DNA from: Halomicrobium mukohataei DSM 12286
Lineage (GTDB): Archaea; Halobacteriota; Halobacteria; Halobacteriales; Haloarculaceae
Reading direction: 5' to 3'
DNA: 32,000 nucleotides
Assembly: GCF_000023965.1 (NCBI RefSeq)
Contig: NC_013202.1
Location: forward strand, 2,970,001 to 3,002,000
Position 1 is the stretch's first letter, and each line of letters starts with the position of its first letter. The notes beneath the pieces were generated by a model that worked only from the letters and a program-made list of their open reading frames with translations, was not told the DNA's origin and searched no databases. The translations under genes and the position numbers were made by a program. Below are positions 24,710 to 31,534 of the stretch, in pieces.

Positions 24710-25861
24710 TCACGGCGTTTCCCCTTCCTCCGGGAGCAGAACCGTCTCGCGGTCCTCGATGGGGTCCGTCGCCAGCGCGCGGGTCAGCGGTCGATGCTCC
24801 GGTGTCGCCGGGAGCGCCGGATCCTGCAAGAACAGCGTCGAGAGGTTGTCCTTCCCGCCCCGGTCGTTGGCCATCTCGACGAGCGTCTCGCTGGCCGCGG
24901 CCAGCGATTCGGCCGTCATGACGCACTCTCTGATCTCCTCGTCCGTGACGACGGCGTCGAGGACGCGCTGGGCCGCCGCCTCCGAGCGGTCCGACTCGAC
25001 GTACTCGTCGTACAGTTCCGGGGCGTCGGTCTGGGCGTCGATGAGGCCGTCGCTGGTGACCAGCAACACGTCTTCGGCGTACAGCGGAACGACGTTGCTG
25101 TCGACCGCGACCGTCGCAGCGTCCGGGTCCTGGTCGGCCCCGCCGCCCAGTGCGCGGGTGATCTCGTTGCCTCGGGGGTGGACGTGGGCCGCCACGTCGT
25201 CGATCTCGCCGCGATCGCGGAGTTCCGCCACGACGCCGTGGTCCTTGGTCAGCAGTTCGATCGTCTCGCGCGCCTCGTTGAGCAGGTACGCGCGGCTGTC
25301 GCCGACCCAGGCGTAGTAACACCGACCACCGAAGCAGAGGCCGGCGACGACGGTCGTGTACGCTCGGTTGCCGGTCTCGTTCGTGTATCGGATGATCTCG
25401 CGGTGGGCGGTCGTGATGGCCGCCTCCAGCGCGCTCTGGATCTCGGCCGGCGTCGGCGGGTCGGTCGCGACCGCATCGGGCAGGGTCACGTCGAAGGCGT
25501 CCGGGTCGCTCCGGAGGGCCCGACTCGCAACGTCCTGCAGTTCGGTCGTGATCGTCGTCGTGGCGACGTAGGAGGCCACGTCGCCGGCCTCGTACCCGCC
25601 CGCACCGTCGGCCAGGACGAACGTCGCGACGCTGCGGTTCCGTGGCTCCGATCGACCCTCGGACTCCTCGCCCGTCTCGTCGCGTTCTGCCTCGGCGTCG
25701 GTGCCGTCGTGGGAGTCGTCCGTCTGGCCGTCGGCCTCCTCCGAGCGATCACGGAGGCCGTCGCGGTGGCCCTGTTCGATCACGTCGACCGCGAGACTGT
25801 CCTCGTTGATCCCGCTGGACCGCTTGCGTTCGCCGATGTCGTAGTTCGTCGCGTAGATCAT
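24710..25861 (-). CDS. PP2C-family Ser/Thr phosphatase with an acidic insertion
   Basis: The start is the ATG at 25861 (MIYATNYDIGERKRSSGINEDS...). Motifs are LADGAGG, VGDSRAY, VTSDGL and GGKDNLS. The start overlaps the kinase stop (ATGA). The upstream part of the 588-aa ORF is an Arg-rich shadow over the kinase gene. Confidence 0.88.
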   Translation of the reverse strand: MIYATNYDIGERKRSSGINEDSLAVDVIEQGHRDGLRDRSEEADGQTDDSHDGTDAEAERDETGEESEGRSEPRNRSVATFVLADGAGGYEAGDVASYVATTTITTELQDVASRALRSDPDAFDVTLPDAVATDPPTPAEIQSALEAAITTAHREIIRYTNETGNRAYTTVVAGLCFGGRCYYAWVGDSRAYLLNEARETIELLTKDHGVVAELRDRGEIDDVAAHVHPRGNEITRALGGGADQDPDAATVAVDSNVVPLYAEDVLLVTSDGLIDAQTDAPELYDEYVESDRSEAAAQRVLDAVVTDEEIRECVMTAESLAAASETLVEMANDRGGKDNLSTLFLQDPALPATPEHRPLTRALATDPIEDRETVLLPEEGETP

Positions 25862-27078
25862 GTCTGAGAGACGTTGAACTCGAATGTCGTTCCGTAGCTC
25901 GGGTGGACGAGCGCGATGAGGTCGCCGTCCCCGAGCGCGTGCTCGCTGGGCGGATCCTCGCCGTTTCTGTCGGTCGGATCGCCGCCACGCGCTTCCAGTA
26001 GCTCCTTGCCGCCGGGCTGGAGGAGTCGCTGCCAGCCGGTCTGGGTGTTGACGTAGGTCCCGTTGAGGCTGTGGTCCTCCAGTCGCCAGATCGCCTCGTC
26101 GTTGCTCGTATCGAAGCGAACGTGGATCGGAGAGACGTGCTCGTCGGCGTCGTCGAGCGTGATCGACGGCGTCGTCGCGCCGCCGTCCCGGCCGATCGTG
26201 TCGCCGGGGTGGACGGTGAACGACCGGTCTTCGCCGAGCGCCTCCAGGCTCGCCTGTGGCGGCGGACTGGGGTCTTTGGCCTCCAGCACGTACTTCATCG
26301 AGGTCGCGTTGGGGTAGCGATCCCGGTAGTCGGTCTGTGTCGCGCGGGCGATGATCTCCGCGAGGTACGTCGGGCAGTCGACGCCGAAGTCCCGAGGGTC
26401 GACGCCGTCTTTCTTCGGGACGGTCCCTTTGAGCAAGAACAGGAGGATCTTCCCGATCGAGTACACGTCCGACCACGGGCCCTGCCCGTCCTCGGCGTCG
26501 CTGGCTTCGGCGATCTCTCGGGGCTTGTACGGCCCGAGAATCGTCGTTCCGGCGTCGTCGGCGTCGGTCCCGTCGAACCCAGTCGCCGTGTTGAAGTCGA
26601 TCAAGATCGGGTGGTCCTGTCCGGCGAGCATGATGTTGTCGGGCTTGAGGTCCCGGTAGACGATGTCGTTCTCGTGGAGGAAGCTCATCGCGTCACAGAG
26701 CCCGATCCCGACCCGCCGGACCTCCGGGGGATCGAGCGGTCCGACGCGGTCGATGGCGTCGTCCAGCTCGTAGCCGTCGACGAACTGGACGACCAGCACC
26801 GGGGTGTCGCCCTCGTCGGTGCGCTCGATCAGGTCCATCACGTTGTCGTTGCCCCCCGCCGCCCGGACGGTTTCGAGCGCGTCGGCCTCTTTCAGGAAGT
26901 ACTGCTCGATCACGTCCCGGTCGTTGCTGGAGCCGGCGTAGTTGGGAACCTTCACCGCGACCGTGTCGCCGCTGTCCTCGTCGATCGCCTCGTAGGCGAC
27001 CGCGAAACCGCCGCTGCCGGCCTCGCCCTGGATGCGATACTGGCCGGCGACGAGATCGCCCGCTTCGAACGTCGTCAT
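25858..27078 (-). CDS. Hanks-type Ser/Thr protein kinase with a C-terminal FHA domain
   Basis: Kinase motifs are the G-loop GSGGFAVAY, VAVKV, the catalytic loop YRDLKPDNIM, and IDFNTATG (a DFN variant of DFG). The C-terminal FHA signature is IGRD...PIHVRF...LEDHSLNGTYVN. Confidence 0.9.
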   Translation of the reverse strand: MTTFEAGDLVAGQYRIQGEAGSGGFAVAYEAIDEDSGDTVAVKVPNYAGSSNDRDVIEQYFLKEADALETVRAAGGNDNVMDLIERTDEGDTPVLVVQFVDGYELDDAIDRVGPLDPPEVRRVGIGLCDAMSFLHENDIVYRDLKPDNIMLAGQDHPILIDFNTATGFDGTDADDAGTTILGPYKPREIAEASDAEDGQGPWSDVYSIGKILLFLLKGTVPKKDGVDPRDFGVDCPTYLAEIIARATQTDYRDRYPNATSMKYVLEAKDPSPPPQASLEALGEDRSFTVHPGDTIGRDGGATTPSITLDDADEHVSPIHVRFDTSNDEAIWRLEDHSLNGTYVNTQTGWQRLLQPGGKELLEARGGDPTDRNGEDPPSEHALGDGDLIALVHPSYGTTFEFNVSQT

Positions 27079-27103
27079 CGAGTATCACCGGCGACGCGGG
27101 CCA

Positions 27104-28285
27104 TCACTGGATGCCGTCGTCGCTGTCGACGATCTGGGTCGCCTGGCTCTGTTCGGCACGACCGCCCTCTTTGACGATCTCGGTCTGGCGCTCGGCCTCC
27201 TGGACCGCCTCGGCGTCCTCGCCGTGGATCACTGTCATCTGCTCGACTTTCGTCTCCGCGGCCTCGACGTTGCCCTTGCCGAGCTCCGTCCGGATGACGG
27301 TCTGTTTGTGGTCGATGTCGACGGACTCGTTGTGCTCGGCCAGCTTCTCCTGTTCGTCCGTGTACTCGACGCCGATCTGGTCGCTGGCGGTGTCGCCGCG
27401 GGCCGAGAGCTGTACGTCCGCGAGCACCTCCTCGCTGCCGGGCTCGCGGGGCGGCGCGTGGATCTTGAGGACGACCCGCTGGCTCTCCCGTTCGATCAGG
27501 TCGGGGAGCTTGACCCGGGTGGCGTTTGCCTCCCACTCGGGCGAGACTTCCTGGGCCTGCGGGAGCGCGCGATACACCTCGCTGACCTCGACGCCGGGGG
27601 CCACGTCGAGGTCGAGGTGGGCGTCCGGCGCGACGACGGAGCCGGCCTGCTCGACGGCCTCGCCGAAGAAGTCCTCGATGTCGCCGGGCGCTTCGAGGTG
27701 GGTCCACGTCCCGCGCCCGGCCGTCCCGAGCGTCCGGATCGTGGCCTCGTTGTAGTCGGTCCCGATCCCGGCCGACTGGATCCGGATCCCGGCGTCGTCG
27801 ATGGCTTCGGCCAGCCCCTCGAACTCGTCGGGCGTGCGTTCGTTGTCCTTGCCGTCCGAGAGCAAGAGGAGTCGCTTGACCGTGTCGGGCCCGGTCGCGG
27901 AGGACGACAGCGTCTCCTTGGCGGCCTTGAGCCCGTTGTACATGTCGGTGCCGCCGCCGGCAGTCAGCTCCTCGACGTGGTCCATCGCCGTCTGGCGGTC
28001 GAGATCCGACCACCGTGTCGCGGGCAGGATCACCGTCGCCTCGGTGTCGAACGCGACGATACTCACGTAGTCCTCGTCGGCCAACAGCCCGAAGACCCAC
28101 GCAGCGCCGTCGCGAGCGCGTTTGATGTTGTCACCCTCCATCGACCCGCTCGTGTCGATACAGAGCGCGATGTGGCGTCGCACGTCCGTCTCCTGTTCTC
28201 CCGGCTCGACGTCGATCTCGGCGGTCACGGTCGTGCCGTCGGCCGGTACGTTCGGCCGATTGACGCTCGTCTCGATAGATGCCAT
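27104..28285 (-). CDS. von Willebrand factor A (vWA) domain protein with a C-terminal beta-rich and helical extension (ArnB/TerY-like)
   Basis: The start is the ATG at 28285 (MASIETSV...). The MIDAS motif is CIDTSGSM, and further motifs are ...AGGGTDM... and ...LLLSDGKDN. About 190 aa of extra C-terminal sequence ends in a Glu/Gln/Thr-rich helix. Confidence 0.88.
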   Translation of the reverse strand: MASIETSVNRPNVPADGTTVTAEIDVEPGEQETDVRRHIALCIDTSGSMEGDNIKRARDGAAWVFGLLADEDYVSIVAFDTEATVILPATRWSDLDRQTAMDHVEELTAGGGTDMYNGLKAAKETLSSSATGPDTVKRLLLLSDGKDNERTPDEFEGLAEAIDDAGIRIQSAGIGTDYNEATIRTLGTAGRGTWTHLEAPGDIEDFFGEAVEQAGSVVAPDAHLDLDVAPGVEVSEVYRALPQAQEVSPEWEANATRVKLPDLIERESQRVVLKIHAPPREPGSEEVLADVQLSARGDTASDQIGVEYTDEQEKLAEHNESVDIDHKQTVIRTELGKGNVEAAETKVEQMTVIHGEDAEAVQEAERQTEIVKEGGRAEQSQATQIVDSDDGIQ

Positions 28286-28312
28286 GGGTGACAGTAGCTC
28301 GCGACTCGTATG

Positions 28313-28318
28313 TATAAA
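28313..28318 (-). promoter_or_regulatory. TATA box (TTTATA on the minus strand) of the vWA-kinase-PP2C operon
   Basis: AATTTATACATAC lies ~29 nt upstream of the ATG at 28285, in a local AT-rich pocket. Confidence 0.55.
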
Positions 28319-28521
28319 TTGTGCCTGTCGGCCGACAAAACAATGGCTAGTCGCGAGCCGTCGCGTCGGGAACCAGTCCGCGGACGGTCGCGTCGAGGGG
28401 CGCGGCGAGTGTGTCTCGTTGGCACGGCCGTACAACGTGGGCGACTGGCAAGGACTTTGTCGCGAGGGCGGACGGCAGCCGCCACGGCGGTCGGTGGTGT
28501 TCCCGCTCGACACGCGCACCT

Positions 28522-29057
28522 GGTGGTGTTCAGATAAGCCGCTGGATTTGGTGAGTTGTAGACACCGAAAGCCCTCGTGCAGTTGCGGTCCCGCGACTCG
28601 CGAGAGCCACAGGCTCTCGCTGGCCTTCGCTCACTTCGTTCGCGAAGAACTCGCTGCGCGCGCTTCGCGTGCTTGCCGAGAGGGACTCTCCGAGTCCCTC
28701 TGGCCGTGCGAACGGGCGCTTTGCGCCCGTGAGCAGACTTCGTCGGGGTTCCCGCAAGGGCCGGCCGGTAGAACCGGCCGGCCATAACGTGACGGCGAAG
28801 CCGTCACGCAGCACTCGCCCTTTCATCCGCCAGGGTTTAGACTGTGAGGCAGCCGAATCCTGGCGTCTGTGCGAACAGGGTGAGCACAGGCTCAGGAGAG
28901 CGTGCTCTCCTGGCGGATGAAAGGGCGAGGCGCGGTCCGGGGTTCTGCGGCGGCACTATCCGAACGCAGTGAGGATATCCGCCACAGAACCCCGGAGCGT
29001 GCCGAGGGCTTTCGGTGCTTCAGACTGCCTTCACCGATCTCTTATCTGAACACGACC
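28522..29057. mobile_element. MITE, 536 bp, same family as 23263-23447 but opposite internal orientation, carrying a ~350-bp hairpin-rich insert
   Basis: The left end is GGTGGTGTTCAGATAAG. The right end, reverse-complemented, is GGTCGTGTTCAGATAAG. Subterminal CACCGAAAGCCCTCG lies at 28563-28577 and its inverse at 29003-29017. The 8-bp direct repeat GCGCACCT lies at 28514-28521 and 29058-29065. There is no credible ORF. Confidence 0.85.
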
Positions 29058-29117
29058 GCGCACCTAGCGGCAAATTTTATGGTAAAGTAGCGAAAACTTC
29101 CGCACGGAGAGATATGT

Positions 29118-29402
29118 ATGCACACACCACAGTCGAACGGCGAGGGCGGACCAGAGACCCGAGAGAGCACTGCGTCGGGAGCGTCTAACCCCGGAGAACA
29201 CGCCGCCTGTGGGCTGGTGGCGCTCCTCGTCATGGGGGTGGCGACACTCTATCTGTATCCCACACTGGTGGTCGCCACGCGACCCCTGTTGCTGCTGTCC
29301 TCGACGGTGATCGTAGTCGCGCTCCTCTGGGTGTGGCTCTCCGTCTGGCTGAGCATCGAGATCGTCCTAGAGTGGCAGACCGCACGAGCGCGTACAGAGT
29401 GA
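29118..29402 (+). CDS. Small 2-TM membrane protein of unknown function
   Basis: The ATG-initiated ORF has two hydrophobic helices (GLVALLVMGVATLYLY; LLLSSTVIVVALLWVWLSVWL). More A/T-ending codons appear than in the neighbouring core genes. Confidence 0.5.
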   Translation: MHTPQSNGEGGPETRESTASGASNPGEHAACGLVALLVMGVATLYLYPTLVVATRPLLLLSSTVIVVALLWVWLSVWLSIEIVLEWQTARARTE

Positions 29403-29680
29403 GGGGCTGCGGTGGCCGTCGCCCCAACATCCCGAACCGCCGACAGCGCCGAAACCTCCAAATCCTCGGGCCGCCCAACACGACCGTGGCAGACATCACG
29501 ACCCGCGTCGCCGAGACCGTCGCCGAGGCGGCCGGCAGCGACGGCTGGTGTTCGCGCGACCAGATCGTGGCGCTGATGACACAACGGGGTGTCGATCGGA
29601 TGGAGATCCAGCGCGCACTCCAGCGCGGCGTCGACGAGCGCCGGCTCGAACGGGACGGCAAGCGGTACCGACGACGCTGA
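29399..29680 (+). CDS. Small basic protein with a winged-helix-like C-terminal half
   Basis: A GTG at 29399 overlaps the upstream stop (GTGA). The sequence ...VADITTRVAETVAEAAGSDGWCSRDQIVALMTQRGVDRMEIQRALQRGVDERRLERDGKRYRRR fits a helix-turn-helix-plus-wing pattern. The start is uncertain. Confidence 0.35.
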   Translation: MRGCGGRRPNIPNRRQRRNLQILGPPNTTVADITTRVAETVAEAAGSDGWCSRDQIVALMTQRGVDRMEIQRALQRGVDERRLERDGKRYRRR

Positions 29681-29682
29681 CG

Positions 29683-30129
29683 ATGCCTGCGCCAGACGAG
29701 GACGGCCGAGAGCGACCCGGCGGCCGTCGACCTGACGACCTGTCTCTCCGGTCGGGCGAGCCACGCATCGGCGGGCGACTGGTCGCCGCACTCGCGGAGG
29801 GGCTGGGGTTGACCCTCGTGGCCAACGGCTTCTACCTCCCGCTGTCGGGTCCCGACAGCACGTGGGGCCACCTCGCACTGGCCGCCTTCGGCGGCGTCGT
29901 CGTACTCGCAGGCGTCCTCGCTCACCGCGGGGACACGCCGTGGCTGACTCTCCCCTTCCCGCTGGTCGGGCTCGCGCTCCTCGTGGTGACGCCGGAATTC
30001 GGCGTCGGATCGCTGTCGGTGACGGCGTGGGCGAACCTCGCAGCACTCGCGACCATCGGCGCGCTCCCGCTCGTGTGGTACCTCCGACAGCGAGCCACGG
30101 CGCGCCACCGGGCCAGAAAGCGCCTCTGA
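29683..30129 (+). CDS. Membrane protein (about 4 TM) of unknown function
   Basis: The ATG at 29683 lies 2 nt after the previous stop. The protein reads MPAPDEDGRERPGG...LVAALAEGLGLTLVANGF...AAFGGVVVLAGVLA...LVGLALLVV...ALATIGALPLVWYL. Confidence 0.5.
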   Translation: MPAPDEDGRERPGGRRPDDLSLRSGEPRIGGRLVAALAEGLGLTLVANGFYLPLSGPDSTWGHLALAAFGGVVVLAGVLAHRGDTPWLTLPFPLVGLALLVVTPEFGVGSLSVTAWANLAALATIGALPLVWYLRQRATARHRARKRL

Positions 30130-30189
30130 TCGACCGCTGGCCAGCCGACAGTCATCAGCCTTTTCTCCCGCCTCGGTGCAACGGAGGAC

Positions 30190-30354
30190 ATGACCGACAC
30201 GGCCCTCCGACAACGACTGGACGCCGCCCTCGTCCTCCTCGCTGCGAACTTCCTCCTCCTGCTGGTGGTCGCGTTCGAGGTCCACCCGCCGGGTGCTATC
30301 GGCGCGCTCGCCCTGACGCTGCTGGTCGCGTACGGACATTTGCGCGGATCGTGA
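30190..30354 (+). CDS. Possible 54-aa 2-TM micro-protein, below the ORF-track cutoff
   Basis: I read it directly from the sequence: MTDTALRQRLDAALVLLAANFLLLLVVAFEVHPPGAIGALALTLLVAYGHLRGS*. Confidence 0.35.
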   Translation: MTDTALRQRLDAALVLLAANFLLLLVVAFEVHPPGAIGALALTLLVAYGHLRGS

Positions 30355-30388
30355 CAGCGATCGCGAGAGGCGAAAGAAAACCGCCCGT

Positions 30389-31357
30389 CTACATGTAGCC
30401 CAGATCGCGCAGGCGCTCCATCAGGTCTTCTTTGTCCTGGGCGCGGCCGGCGCGCTCGGTCGTTCCTTCGAGGTCCTGCTGCCAGGCGGGCTCCTGGGCT
30501 GCCTTGTCGGTCGAGACTTCGGAGCCGAGCGAGCGGAACCCGGCGAAGTACTTCGGCGAGACGGGGATGTCGTCCTGCTCGATGCCCTCGGGCAGGTCGT
30601 CGTCCGTTTCCGGAACGTAGCCTTCCTCGGGGAACCCTTCGACGGTGTCGGGCACGACGAAGTTCCAGAAGGCGTCCCAGACGGCGGCCTCGTCGAACTG
30701 GAGGATCGTCTGGATGCGGTCGTGTGGCGGGTAGATGTCCGGGTCGTGGCGCGGCGAGAAGAACGTCTCGTCGGCGCGGGACTCCTGTTCGTCCCAGCGG
30801 ATGCCCGAGATGATGCCGTCGACGTCGTGCTCCTCGATGGCGTCGTTGAGCGCGACCGTCTTCAGCAGGTGGTTGCCGACGTAGGTGTCGAGCAGGAAGG
30901 GGAAGCTGTCTTCCTCGTACTCGAGGATCTCGCGGACGTGGTGCTGGTTGTGCTCCGAGAGGGCGTCGATTGGGATGTCGTCGCCCGGATCGAGTCCGTT
31001 CTCGTCGACGTAGTCGCCGATGTCGGTGTTGCGAGCCCAGATGACTTCGAGGTCCCACTCGTCGGCCCAGTGCTCGACGAACTCGATGAGCTCGTCGAAG
31101 TGCTGGTAGTGGTCGATGAAGACGACCGGCGGGACTTCGAGGTCGAAGCGGTCGGCGACCTCCTTGACGAAGTACAGCGTCAGCGTCGAGTCCTTGCCGC
31201 CGGTCCACATGACGACCGGGTTCTCGTACTGTTCGAGGCCTTCCTTGGTGACTTCGATGGCCTTCTCGATCTTGTGGTTGATCGACGGGTAGTCCTCCGG
31301 CGTCTCGCCCTCGCCGTCGGTGTAGTCGACGTCGAGGTAGTCTGGGAATGCTGCCAT
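30389..31357 (-). CDS. PAPS reductase / CysD-like PP-loop ATP pyrophosphatase family protein
   Basis: The start is the ATG at 31357 (MAAFPDYLDV...). The PP-loop is VVMWTGGKDSTL. The C-terminal ERAGRAQDKEDLMERLRDLGYM resembles the CysD-type ending. Confidence 0.8.
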   Translation of the reverse strand: MAAFPDYLDVDYTDGEGETPEDYPSINHKIEKAIEVTKEGLEQYENPVVMWTGGKDSTLTLYFVKEVADRFDLEVPPVVFIDHYQHFDELIEFVEHWADEWDLEVIWARNTDIGDYVDENGLDPGDDIPIDALSEHNQHHVREILEYEEDSFPFLLDTYVGNHLLKTVALNDAIEEHDVDGIISGIRWDEQESRADETFFSPRHDPDIYPPHDRIQTILQFDEAAVWDAFWNFVVPDTVEGFPEEGYVPETDDDLPEGIEQDDIPVSPKYFAGFRSLGSEVSTDKAAQEPAWQQDLEGTTERAGRAQDKEDLMERLRDLGYM

Positions 31358-31534
31358 GAGTAATGAGATATAATTAGATGCGCTGTAAGTACTTTTTGGA
31401 TGTCCGACAGGTATGTGGGATATTCCCATACTGTGTGGGAATCGGCGCGGTCCCGATCGGCCACTTTTCGAGCGTGCTCTTGGCCCTGCAGAGGTCGTCG
31501 TTTCCGTCGAATGACACAGAAGCAGACCGCAGAA

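Noticed and set aside
24066-25316. A 416-aa Ser/Ala-rich plus-strand ORF
   Set aside because: It is antisense to the FHA and PP2C genes and has low-complexity composition. It is a shadow ORF.
24710-26476. The full 588-aa ORF as the PP2C gene
   Set aside because: The N-terminal 205 codons overlap the kinase gene out of frame and are Arg/Pro-rich. The ATG at 25861 gives an ATGA overlap with the kinase stop and a protein that begins just before the first PP2C motif.
28578-28935. The structured MITE payload as a known RNA gene (RNase P RNA, SRP/7S RNA)
   Set aside because: I found none of the hallmark strings on either strand, for example the GAGGAAAGTCC-type CR-I of RNase P. The segment lies inside terminal inverted repeats with a target-site duplication.
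23255-29065. The idea that the two MITE copies form a composite transposon mobilising the vWA-kinase-PP2C-FHA operon
   Set aside because: Each MITE has its own matching 8-bp target-site duplication (GCTGTCAG for one, GCGCACCT for the other). This indicates two independent insertions. A composite transposition would leave one shared duplication at the outer ends only. Bracketing by repeats could still promote recombination, but there is no evidence for it here.
31411-31443. The small palindrome TGGGA-TAT-TCCCA and repeated TGTGGGA(A)T upstream of the PAPS-reductase-like gene as a regulator site
   Set aside because: It is too short and degenerate to separate from chance in an AT-rich promoter region, and I have no second occurrence to compare.
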